Source: Phycisphaeraceae bacterium (GTDB lineage: Bacteria > Planctomycetota > Phycisphaerae > Phycisphaerales > Zrk34). From it: a stretch of DNA of 64,000 bases. The stretch is taken from the NCBI GenBank assembly GCA_040905565.1, contig JBBDRF010000086.1:1-64000 (forward strand). Reading direction: 5' to 3'. Made by a program: the position numbers and the translations under genes. This document shows, piece after piece, positions 49,354-58,548 of this stretch (position 1 is the first letter of the stretch; each line of letters starts with the position of its first letter). The notes beneath the pieces are model-generated. The model worked only from the letters and a program-made list of their open reading frames with translations. It had not been told where the DNA came from and made no database searches.

Positions 49354-50690
49354 CGCGCCTCCTTGGATGCATCCACACCGCTCGGGGGTTCTTGAACGAA
49401 ACCGCGAACGAGCGCCCTGCCCGTGAAGCCATCAGGGTGGTCGTCAGTCTGGATCTCATACTCGATCGGAAATGGTGTCACTTCCTCCCAGGTTCGAAAC
49501 ACAGCGACGATGTTGCCAATTGGCTCGTGGTCGTTGTGGGTAACCTTATCCACCCAGAGCTTTACCATGTCATCACCGACGTCCAGCGTTCGTGTGAGAT
49601 CAGGCATGTTCACGCTGGGGATCGAACGCTCAAAGAAAAGCCTGTCGCGCGGGAGCGACAGCGAAAGATTGTTGAAGGCCAGGCCGTGGACACTTCTCGG
49701 CTGGGGCTTTTTCGGCCGTTCCGGTACCGTCGGCGTGCGCGGCCCTGTACCGAACAGCATGTCGAACTCTCTGTCGGAACGATGAGACAACTTTGGCTCG
49801 AGGTATCCGTCCACCTCCTCCTGCGTGACGACCCTCCGGAACCGCGTCGGCAGCGTCAGCATCGCCCGAACGTTATGGGCAGGCAGGGTGCCCTCGTTTG
49901 CAATCCAGAACGTCAACCGGAGCGTCCGCGCCCGAAACTCCCTGTGATCAAGCAATCGCTTCAAATACTGGCGGTAAGCGATAAAGTATTCTTCCAACTG
50001 GCTGTCGTAGGTGTTGCAAGCCTCTGCCGCGAACCCGTCCGTCTCTAAGAGCGGCCGGCAGCGTGCCCTCTCATCCTCCATTAAGCTCTCCACGTCGATT
50101 GGTGATGGCCTAGACGATTCGAAGCTGACGACTTCCTCAGGCGTGTCGTCCGCTGCGGCGGAGAGGAGCAGCCGCAACTTTGGCAAGCGGCTGCGAAGGC
50201 GTTGAAGCTCCCGCTCGGCTTGCTTCAACTTCCGTGCCTCCTCGCTCTCCACAGGTCGCTGCCACTTCTCATCCAGTGTGATCACCTCGACGCCCTTGGC
50301 TTCGCCCCGCCGTCGCATTTGGCTATCGTCTGAAACCAGCCCAACACGAGTCGCCTCGCAGGCCTTCATCCGCGTAAGGATGCACTGGATGATTGCCGAA
50401 TCCACGTTTCCGGTAGGCTCCTCATCATCAATGGCAACTTCCAGCGTCACGTCGACGCGAACCTTGCCGCCGGCCTTCTCGATTTGCGTAATTTCGGCAT
50501 CAGCCCGGCGAGCCCGATCGGCCGTTTTGGGGTTGTATTTGTTCTTATCCAGTTCGTCCAACACGGGAGAGCACAGGATCAGGCGGACGCACCGCGCCCC
50601 TGCAACGGTCTTCCAGTCGATCTCGCGAATACGTTGGAAATGCAGCAGGATGTTCGTGTCGAGAAAAAGCTCCGCCGATTCTGTGATCAT
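49350..50690 (-). CDS. PIN-domain nuclease with coiled coil and C-terminal beta domain
   Basis: FLDTN, VLDELDK.K, D..I, LVSDD; ATGA overlaps on both sides. Confidence 0.8.
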   Translation of the reverse strand: MITESAELFLDTNILLHFQRIREIDWKTVAGARCVRLILCSPVLDELDKNKYNPKTADRARRADAEITQIEKAGGKVRVDVTLEVAIDDEEPTGNVDSAIIQCILTRMKACEATRVGLVSDDSQMRRRGEAKGVEVITLDEKWQRPVESEEARKLKQAERELQRLRSRLPKLRLLLSAAADDTPEEVVSFESSRPSPIDVESLMEDERARCRPLLETDGFAAEACNTYDSQLEEYFIAYRQYLKRLLDHREFRARTLRLTFWIANEGTLPAHNVRAMLTLPTRFRRVVTQEEVDGYLEPKLSHRSDREFDMLFGTGPRTPTVPERPKKPQPRSVHGLAFNNLSLSLPRDRLFFERSIPSVNMPDLTRTLDVGDDMVKLWVDKVTHNDHEPIGNIVAVFRTWEEVTPFPIEYEIQTDDHPDGFTGRALVRGFVQEPPSGVDASKEAR

Positions 50691-52909
50691 GCCGCACTCC
50701 CGGGTTGTGTCTTCGGCTCGATGCCGGTCGGGACGAGGTCGTGATCCTTGATCCACTTGATGCAGTCGCGGATGCGCTGCGGTGGGAACTTCTCCGCCTT
50801 ATCGGGGTGCCAGTCGTGCACGCCCGTGATGATCTGCTTCTGTGTGGGTTGCACCCCGTCGATCAGGTGGTCGTTCCAGACGGCAAATGTGGTCGCCACC
50901 AGTTCCGCCTGCTGCGTGTCCATCTTCGCAAACTGGTCAAGAAGCCAATCCACGCGCACCTGCCCCGGCCCCATGTGCTTAACCGCATGTTCACGAGCAG
51001 CGTCTATGCTTGTGCCGCGGCGGTAGCTGTACCGCTGGCCCGACTTCTGCACCACGAACCAGCCCTTCCGTTTCGCCAAGCTTTCGATTTTGTGAATCGC
51101 AGGATCCAGCGGCCCCGCGGCCTTGCGCTGGGCGTAGATGTGCGATTCCGCTTCGAGCAGGTGCGGCACGAGGTAGAGGTACTTCATTAGCTGTGTGCGG
51201 CCGAACGTCTGCCGGTCCGCGAGGCGATTGACCGCGTAGGCGGCGAAGGCGGCCTGGCGATAGCGTTCGCCGGCGGGAAGCTTGATGCGGCGGGTGGGAG
51301 CGGCGGCCTTAAGCTTGCGGCCGCGGGTGGGCTTTGCTGCGTCGCGCTGCTCGCGCTCGGCTCGGATGCGCTCGAGCAATTGGTCGGCGGGTTCGTAATC
51401 CGGATCGGCGCGGACGGCCGCGAGTTCCGCCTCGCTGAGCAACCGGCCCTCGAACGCCTTCTTCAGAATGCTCTGCCGTAACGCCTCCGCCTGCTTTGAC
51501 CCCTCATCCACCGCCTGCTCCAGCTTGTCGAGGACGGTGAAGCGGGATTCGAGTTCGTCGACAATGCGTTGCTGCTCCTCACGTGATGGCAATGGCACAA
51601 GCCCATCACGTACGTTATCGAGATTCAATCCAGGCTTTCCGGCTCCGTACGCGTATTCAAGCAGTTGGCCCCGCGCGACGGCGCGAGAAATCAATGCCCT
51701 GTGCCAAAAAGGAGCAAAATTGGGATCAACCAGCCGGATCAGAGCAACATGCTGGCTGACATACGCCTCTTCTTTGGCTTGGCCCACGATCGCGCAACGT
51801 CCGACGTTGGCCCCGGTGATGGTCAATAGCAAATCGTTTGTGTGCACACGTGTCCGATCACCTTCGAGACCTTTGGGAAGGTCCAACCGAGTCGCGTCAG
51901 AAAGATCAAGGGCATCCGTGCGTATGTCCTGTGATCGGATAAACAGAGGTCCTTTTCCGCCGCAGAATCTGGCCCACCCACGTGAGCCACTCGTAACAAA
52001 TTCGATTACGTGCCCCGTCTTCACCCAACCCCACCCCTCGGGCAGGTTTGGCAGGTTGGTTCGTTCGGTGTCGCTGAGTGGTGGCAGTTCCTTGGGCTTG
52101 GCGGGCTTGCGGGGTTTTTTCTGGCCGGAGGCCTTGCCGCCGGCGGCTTCCCAGTGGGCGACGGCTTTTTCCCAGTCTTCGTGTTGCTGCTGGTAGCGGG
52201 CGGCGCGTTCGGTCTGGATCTGTTGGAGCAGGTCGTCGGCTGTGGGCAGGTGCTCCTGCTGGTCGCGCCAGTCGGCGGTGAGCTTGCCCTCGAACGCCGC
52301 CTTGAGCACCGCCTGCCGATACCGCTTGAGCTGCGCCCGCACCGCCTGAAGCTGCTCCACCCCTTTATCGAGCTCGCTGAACAACGCCTCGATCTTCTCG
52401 ACGATGGCTCGCTGTTCGACGAGGGGAACCAGAGGGAACTCCGCCGCCTTCAGGGCCGCCAGGTTGATGCTCGCGACGGTCGTTCCATCCTTGGAGCACT
52501 GATTCAATAGGCGTCGCTCGGCGGACCGGACGAAGTAGGCGATAAAAGCTGGATCGACTTTCTCGTGCGGATGAAGCGCTTTGAGATCCTGATTGATCGC
52601 CGTGTCGACCTCATTGATGGCGACGGGAAAGGTGCGACTCAAAATGCCGGAGCGGATCACGAACAGCACTGAACCGGTCGGAACGAGCCGAGGCCGCCCA
52701 TCGACGGCTGCTTCGGTGATGTGGTCCTCGCTGTCACGGAGGCGGAGCGCCTTCATATCCTTGGGCGATATCCAAGGAATCGTCCCATTTGTCCAAAACT
52801 CCGCGCGCGATTTACTCGGCGTGCTGCCACCAGACCAATCGCCAAGCTGACCTAAGGTCGTGACTGCCCAGTCGGGACGAGGGCGGGTGCTCCACAAAGA
52901 CTCCATCAT
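50687..52909 (-). CDS. hsdS: Type I R-M specificity subunit with about 190-aa C-terminal extension
   Basis: Two TRDs with PL.EQ..IV and RQ..LK.AFEG.L repeats, plus an extra domain. Confidence 0.92.
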   Translation of the reverse strand: MMESLWSTRPRPDWAVTTLGQLGDWSGGSTPSKSRAEFWTNGTIPWISPKDMKALRLRDSEDHITEAAVDGRPRLVPTGSVLFVIRSGILSRTFPVAINEVDTAINQDLKALHPHEKVDPAFIAYFVRSAERRLLNQCSKDGTTVASINLAALKAAEFPLVPLVEQRAIVEKIEALFSELDKGVEQLQAVRAQLKRYRQAVLKAAFEGKLTADWRDQQEHLPTADDLLQQIQTERAARYQQQHEDWEKAVAHWEAAGGKASGQKKPRKPAKPKELPPLSDTERTNLPNLPEGWGWVKTGHVIEFVTSGSRGWARFCGGKGPLFIRSQDIRTDALDLSDATRLDLPKGLEGDRTRVHTNDLLLTITGANVGRCAIVGQAKEEAYVSQHVALIRLVDPNFAPFWHRALISRAVARGQLLEYAYGAGKPGLNLDNVRDGLVPLPSREEQQRIVDELESRFTVLDKLEQAVDEGSKQAEALRQSILKKAFEGRLLSEAELAAVRADPDYEPADQLLERIRAEREQRDAAKPTRGRKLKAAAPTRRIKLPAGERYRQAAFAAYAVNRLADRQTFGRTQLMKYLYLVPHLLEAESHIYAQRKAAGPLDPAIHKIESLAKRKGWFVVQKSGQRYSYRRGTSIDAAREHAVKHMGPGQVRVDWLLDQFAKMDTQQAELVATTFAVWNDHLIDGVQPTQKQIITGVHDWHPDKAEKFPPQRIRDCIKWIKDHDLVPTGIEPKTQPGSAA

Positions 52910-55713
52910 GCCACCAGTCTTTCGTTGAGCTCATTGAGGACGGCTTCGTAGTCGGGGCCGAAGAGCTTGTAGAACTTGCCGAGACCGCCGAGGCCGTCGA
53001 AGGGGGTGCGTTCGAGGTCATCGGGTTCGACGTGGAAGCTGGTGGCGATATGGTCGCGGATCATCTGGAGCCAGTGCATCTGCTCGGTGGTGAATTTGGG
53101 GGCGTCGCCGGCGTGCTGCTTGAAGACCCAGTCCTGAAAGCGATGGCGGACGAGGGAATCGAAGCTGGTGAGCTTTTCGTCGAGGCCGACCACTCGGCGG
53201 AGCAGGGAGACGAGGGCGACGAGCTCCTGCTTCGGCGCAGCACCGGGGTTGGTGGACTCGACCTGGGCGTAGGCGTTCCAGACGCGGGCCGGGGCGAGGG
53301 CGGGCTGATCGGTCTTGAGGCGGTCGAGCACGGCGCGGACCATGTCGTAGGTCAGCTCACGCAGGCGGTAGGGCTGATCGTAGAAGATACGCAGGGCGGT
53401 GATCTCATCCTTGTGCTGCTCGATGTAGGTGCGGAAATCCTGAATGGCCTGCTCGGCGTTGGCGACGGATTCCTCATCCCACGCTGCGGTGCGGACGGTG
53501 TCGAGGTTTTGATTGTCGATGATCTGGTCGAGGGCTTTGCGGGCGTTTTCGACGAAGTCGCGTAGCTCGGGGGTGAAGGTTTTCGCTGCGTCTCTGGTGA
53601 GCTGCTTTTGAGCGGCGGCCTTTTGCTCAACGCTCGGCTCGGTGGAGGCGGGCAGGGCGTGCTGCGATCGGGCGGTATCCTCGATGACGTCAGGATTGTG
53701 AGCGGCGAGGAGTGCGTGGGTGACGTTTTCGATCGGCTTGCCGCCGGCGAGTTCGGTGAACGCGCTGCGCTGCTGGGGTGTGAGCTGGGTGTTGAGCCGT
53801 GCGAGGCGACCGGCGACGGAAGTGAAGGTGTCTTCGTCGTTCTTGCCGAGGGCGATGGCGAAGAGCAGGTCCTTGAGGGGGACAGCGCGTTTGCGTTCGA
53901 GTGGGCGGGAATCGGTCTTGATGGACTGTGTGACGCCGACGGCGTCGACGATGACGAAGCCGGCCTTGCCGAGCGTTGCGGAGGGAGACCGCTGGACGAG
54001 ATCATCGGTGGAGATGCTGCGGCAGCCGCGGCCCTTCATCTGCTCGAAGTAGTTTTTGCTGCGAACGTCCCGCATGAAGATGAGACATTCGAGGGGCTTT
54101 ACGTCCGTACCGGTGGCGATCATGTCCACGGTGACGGCGATGCGGGGGTTGTAGTCGTTGCGTAGCTGGGCAAGGATGTTTTTGGGATCTTCGGTGGCTT
54201 TGTAGGTGATCTTCTTGCAGAAGGCGTTGCCCTCGCCGAACTCTTCGCGGATGATTTGGACGATGTCGTCGGCGTGGGAATCGTCTTTGGCGAAGACGAG
54301 GGTTTTCGGCACTTCGCTGCGGCCGGGGAAGAGGGTGGGCAGGCGGTCCTTGAATGTTTTGATGATCGTGCGGATCTGGGAGTGATTGACGACGTCGCGA
54401 TCAAGTTGCCGCCCGTCGTAGGTGGTGTCCTCATCCTGCTGCTGCCAGCGCTGCTTTCGGGAGAGTTTTTCGCGGACCTCCACGAAGCCTTCGCCTTTGC
54501 TGATGACGCCGCCGTTTTGCGTGACCTCGGTCTCGATACGGTAGATATCGAAGCCGACGTTGACGCCATCGGCGACGGACTCCTCGTAGGGGTACTCGCT
54601 GACGACGTTTTCCTTGAAGTAGCCAAAGGTGCGTTTGTCGGGCGTGGCGGTGAGGCCGATCTGGAAAGCGTCGAAATACTCAAGCACCTGCTGCCAGACG
54701 TTGTAGATGGAGCGGTGGCACTCGTCGATGATGAGGAAATCGAAGAGTTCGGGGGGCACGGCGGGGTTGTAAGCGACGGGCATGGGCGCGTTGGGGAGGG
54801 CACGCTCGGCGGGGTTGGTCTGTTCGTCCTCGGCGGCGAGTTCTTCGCCCTTGAGGATGGAGTACATCCGCTGAATGGTGGAGATGCAGACGTTGGCGTC
54901 TGGGGCGATGAAGCGGGAGGTGAGCCGCTGGACCTTGTAGAGATCGGTGAATTTGCGGTTGTCGTCGGCTGGCTGGTAGGCCATGAATTCCTGCTCAGCC
55001 TGCTCGCCGAGATTGCGGGTGTCGACGAGGAACAGGACGCGACGGGCCTTGGCGAACTTGAGCAGGCGATAGATGGCGGTGATGGCGGTGAATGTCTTGC
55101 CGGCGCCGGTGGCCATCTGGACCAGAGCGCGGGGCTTGGCATCCCGGAAGGAGTCATCGAGATTGTTGATGGCGCGGAACTGGCAGGCGCGGAGGCCGGT
55201 GGCGTCGAGGGTGGGGATGTCGTGCAGGCGAGCGCGGAGGGTGGTGGCTTCGGCCAGCCATTTCTGAAGCGTGACGGGGGCGTGGAAGGCGAAGACCGGG
55301 CGGGAACGCGGCCGAGGATCGTGATAATCGGTGAAGCGGGTGATGGTGCCGGTGGATTCGTAGCCGAACCGTAAGGGCGTGTCGTTGCTGAGGAGTTTGA
55401 TGGGGCTGGTGCGGTAGCTATCTGTCTGTGCTTCGTGCGTGGTGAGGCGGACGCCCTCCTCCTCCCGCTTGGCTTCGATGATGCCGACAGGTTCGCCGTC
55501 GACGAAGAGCACGTAATCGGCGGGCCCCTCGGTGGTCTGAAGCTCGCGCACGGCCACTCCAGGCGACGCAAAGACGTTCATGGCGTCCTTCGACTGTATC
55601 TGCCAGCCGGCGTCGGCGAGCAGGCGGTCGATGGCATCGCGGGCCTGCTGCTCAGGATGTTGATTGGTCTCCGGCACGACTGCAAAGGATAAGGCAGGCG
55701 ACGGTTTACTCAA
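52906..55713 (-). CDS. hsdR: Type I R-M restriction subunit (EcoAI/EcoEI-like)
   Basis: ADY...IEAK nuclease, MATGAGKT, DECH, LTATP, QMKGRG; exact start uncertain. Confidence 0.94.
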   Translation of the reverse strand: MSKPSPALSFAVVPETNQHPEQQARDAIDRLLADAGWQIQSKDAMNVFASPGVAVRELQTTEGPADYVLFVDGEPVGIIEAKREEEGVRLTTHEAQTDSYRTSPIKLLSNDTPLRFGYESTGTITRFTDYHDPRPRSRPVFAFHAPVTLQKWLAEATTLRARLHDIPTLDATGLRACQFRAINNLDDSFRDAKPRALVQMATGAGKTFTAITAIYRLLKFAKARRVLFLVDTRNLGEQAEQEFMAYQPADDNRKFTDLYKVQRLTSRFIAPDANVCISTIQRMYSILKGEELAAEDEQTNPAERALPNAPMPVAYNPAVPPELFDFLIIDECHRSIYNVWQQVLEYFDAFQIGLTATPDKRTFGYFKENVVSEYPYEESVADGVNVGFDIYRIETEVTQNGGVISKGEGFVEVREKLSRKQRWQQQDEDTTYDGRQLDRDVVNHSQIRTIIKTFKDRLPTLFPGRSEVPKTLVFAKDDSHADDIVQIIREEFGEGNAFCKKITYKATEDPKNILAQLRNDYNPRIAVTVDMIATGTDVKPLECLIFMRDVRSKNYFEQMKGRGCRSISTDDLVQRSPSATLGKAGFVIVDAVGVTQSIKTDSRPLERKRAVPLKDLLFAIALGKNDEDTFTSVAGRLARLNTQLTPQQRSAFTELAGGKPIENVTHALLAAHNPDVIEDTARSQHALPASTEPSVEQKAAAQKQLTRDAAKTFTPELRDFVENARKALDQIIDNQNLDTVRTAAWDEESVANAEQAIQDFRTYIEQHKDEITALRIFYDQPYRLRELTYDMVRAVLDRLKTDQPALAPARVWNAYAQVESTNPGAAPKQELVALVSLLRRVVGLDEKLTSFDSLVRHRFQDWVFKQHAGDAPKFTTEQMHWLQMIRDHIATSFHVEPDDLERTPFDGLGGLGKFYKLFGPDYEAVLNELNERLVA

Positions 55714-56489
55714 AGCTTGCTTGTTGAGGTGGCGGACGCAGCACGTTCGCCTCGTCTGCTTGCCCCCGCAGGCATGGTGCTTGGCGACCTCTGCTCGGGA
55801 TAGCTGATCCCTGAGCCATCGAACGACTCGGCTGAGAAATGGCAGGCTTGAGGAGCGACGGGACTGTCGCCTCGGCCGATATGCCTATCCAGCGAGATGC
55901 ATCGAAACTAGTGTGGTGCTGGGGTTTTATCGGCATCTCAAAGCCTCGCGGTTCAACCGTGACCTCGGCCATTTAGACAGACTGACCTTCCGCCGATGAA
56001 GGTGGTATGTTTTCCCGGCATAGACATCAACAAGATTCGACCCCGTTCGTGCACGCCGGGAAAGCTGGCGCGGACGGGGTTTTTTGCGCACACGGCGGTT
56101 TCAGAGCGCGTCCCGCCGAGAATAAAAGACGAGTTATATCCGAACGTCACGTCCAGGCCCCGACTCGCCATCGGGAAGTGAGGGCCGTCCCTCCACGTGG
56201 CAACCTGCTCCTGTCGTCTCCGGTTCGGCAATCCCTCTCAATCCCCGCTATTCCGATGCCACTGGCAGCGGGGTGTCTGGTGGGGCTGCGCTGACAGGAA
56301 GGACGTTGGGCGGGCGCGTGTAGAAGTGTGCCAGATCCGAAAACCTCCGGACCAGGCAAATCGGCGGCGGTGCGCGCGCCCGACACTTACGGCGATTGTT
56401 TTTCGCGCATTACGCGCGAGAATCCCAAGCTTTGCGCCAGGCACCGCATATCGTCGATGTTTGACAGTGGCAGCGAAAAGGGAGGAAAA

Positions 56490-57482
56490 ATGACCAAGGC
56501 CCACGGACAGCGAGCAGAGTTGGCGACGCACGGTCGGCCATCTAAATTTTCGCGCGAGGTCGCAGAGCAAATCTGTGAGCGAATCGCGATGGGAGCAAGC
56601 TTGCGGGGAATCTGCGAACAGCCCGACCTTCCGCCGGAATCGACCGTCCGCGGCTGGGTTCGCGAGGATCGTGAAGGCTTCGGCGCCATGTATGCCAGGG
56701 CGTGTCAATTCCGTGCCGAGCTTTACGCCGAGCAGATCATCGACATCGCCGACACCGAGCCGGATCCGCAGAAGGCCCGGGTCAGGATCGACGCTCGGAA
56801 ATGGGTGGCGTGCAAGCTGCTGCCGCGGAAGTACGGCGAGCGCGTCGACGTGACCAGCAGCGGCGCGGAGATACGCAACCCGATGGAGGCTTTGGGGCGA
56901 TCGCCGAGCAGCTTGGGCACTTGGCGGACGAGGAAGCCCCTGACGGCGATGGCCACTCGAGAGGATCAGATGCCTCTGACTCCGAAAAGACAGCGGTTCG
57001 TTGACGAATACTGCCGCGACTGGAACGCGACGGCGGCCGCGATTCGTGCCGGCTACGCCGAGCGGGGCGCTCACGCTGAGGGGCATCGATTGCTGAGGAA
57101 TGCTGAGATTGCCGCGGCGATCAAGGATCGGCTCGATTGCCTGTCGATGCAGTCGGATGAAGCCCTGGTGAGGCCGACCGTTCAAGCCCGGGCAGAGTAC
57201 GCGAAGTTCCTCAAAGCCGACGGCACAGTCGACCTCCAAGGCCTGATCGATGCCGGCCTCGCGCACCTGGTAAAGGGGACCAAGTTCAACGCGAGCGGCA
57301 AGCTTCAGGTCGAGTTTCATGATGCCCAAGCGGCATTGATTCACCTCGCGAAAATCCGCGGCTTGTTCATCGATCGGCACGAAGTCAAAGATGTCACCGT
57401 GGACGCTGCTGCCATCGCAGCCCGGCTACGGGCCAAACTCGGCAGCGTGTCAGGTCACGCTCGCACGAATGCGGGAGAGTGA
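56490..57482 (+). CDS. In-frame fusion of an Sf6-gp1-like and a Terminase_2-like small terminase domain
   Basis: GRPSKF...ICERIA.G.SLR.IC...RIDARKW..KL.P.KYG, then MPLTPKRQRFVDEY..D.NAT.AAIRAGY from 56970. Confidence 0.8.
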   Translation: MTKAHGQRAELATHGRPSKFSREVAEQICERIAMGASLRGICEQPDLPPESTVRGWVREDREGFGAMYARACQFRAELYAEQIIDIADTEPDPQKARVRIDARKWVACKLLPRKYGERVDVTSSGAEIRNPMEALGRSPSSLGTWRTRKPLTAMATREDQMPLTPKRQRFVDEYCRDWNATAAAIRAGYAERGAHAEGHRLLRNAEIAAAIKDRLDCLSMQSDEALVRPTVQARAEYAKFLKADGTVDLQGLIDAGLAHLVKGTKFNASGKLQVEFHDAQAALIHLAKIRGLFIDRHEVKDVTVDAAAIAARLRAKLGSVSGHARTNAGE

Positions 57483-57568
57483 TCGGTGACGACGGATGTC
57501 GAAGGATCAACTGATCCTCCCGATCAGCAGCCGCAGGTGAGCTACCGAACCACACGCGAAGGACCAAC

Positions 57569-58099
57569 ATGCCTCAGACGCTCAAGCAGCAGCGATTCGT
57601 GGAAGAGTACCTGGTCGACCTGAACGCGACACAGGCCGCGATCCGGGCGGGATACTCAAAGCGCGGCGCCCGCACAGAGGGCGCACGCTTGCTTGCAAAT
57701 GCTGGCATCGGGGCGGCGATTCAGCATCGCATGCAGGAAAGGGCGGAGCGAACGCAGGTCGACACCGATTATGTCGTCCGCCGGTTGGCAGCGATCGCGG
57801 GGGCGGACCTACGACGCCTCTTCGATGAAAGCGGACGGCTGCGCCCCGTCACGGACCTGGACGACGATACCGTCGCCAGCCTCGCCGCCATCGAGGTCAA
57901 GACGATGGATGCCGGCTCGGGGATCACCGAGCACGTCGCGAAGTTTCGCCTGGCTGACCGCGTTCGCGCGCTCGAGTTGTTGGGCAAGCACTTGGGGCTG
58001 TTCGTCAGTCGCGTGCATATCGAGGGGCCACCCGAGTCAGCCGAGGATATTGCGAAACGCGTGTTGTCGGGTCTGCCGGGGCGGCGCGTCAGCGACTGA
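57569..58099 (+). CDS. Terminase small subunit (Terminase_2-like)
   Basis: KQQRFVEEYLVDLNATQAAIRAGYS...ALELLGKHLGLF. Confidence 0.9.
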   Translation: MPQTLKQQRFVEEYLVDLNATQAAIRAGYSKRGARTEGARLLANAGIGAAIQHRMQERAERTQVDTDYVVRRLAAIAGADLRRLFDESGRLRPVTDLDDDTVASLAAIEVKTMDAGSGITEHVAKFRLADRVRALELLGKHLGLFVSRVHIEGPPESAEDIAKRVLSGLPGRRVSD

Positions 58100-58270
58100 A
58101 CTTCGTCGACGGGAGCCATCGGCCCCCGCAACTTAGGCAACAGCGGCGGCGTATTTGAAAATACGAAATGGGCCGCACGGCCACGAAATCTGCCGCAACA
58201 CTTGCATCAAATACGCTGCTCATGATATCGTAAAGCCCTGTCAGGGCCGAGGTAGCGACGGCCCGGGACG

Positions 58271-58315
58271 CCTGATAAGGGTGAGGTCGCCGGTTCGAAT
58301 CCAGCCGGGCCCATT
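58271..58315 (+). repeat. attR of island 2 (3' part of tRNA-Ile)
   Basis: Identical to 29620-29664. Confidence 0.95.
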
Positions 58316-58385
58316 AAGTAGGATCTGATTTTGTAGCAGTTTACGCAAGTCAGGGACTAACCCCCGACAACCTGAATTTCTGGCT

Positions 58386-58414
58386 AACCCCGGATCGCAA
58401 CTGATCCGGGGTTT
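58386..58414. terminator. Hairpin terminator downstream of attR
   Basis: AACCCCGGATC/GATCCGGGGTT stem. Confidence 0.6.
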
Positions 58415-58419
58415 GTCCG

Positions 58420-58510
58420 TGCCTGGATCAGTTCCTCGGTGTTGACCATCGGCTTCTCAATCAGCAGATGCAGTCCGGCGTTGGCACATTTGGAGGCGAT
58501 CCGAACATAC
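58420..58510 (-). pseudogene. Gfo/Idh/MocA oxidoreductase fragment
   Basis: Manual translation VRIASKCANAGLHLLIEKPM matches the AG.H...EKP motif. Confidence 0.45.
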
Positions 58511-58548
58511 GTGGCGGCGGTTTGAAGGAAGAGTGGGTGCTCGATCGC

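Noticed and set aside
47260..49395. 711-aa plus-strand ORF
   Set aside because: Antisense to hsdM and the ExbD-like gene
54120..55571. 483-aa Ser/Pro-rich ORF
   Set aside because: Alternative frame of hsdR caused by codon bias
55714..56489. Short ORFs between hsdR and terS
   Set aside because: No motifs or convincing SD; probably a divergent promoter or packaging region that I cannot resolve
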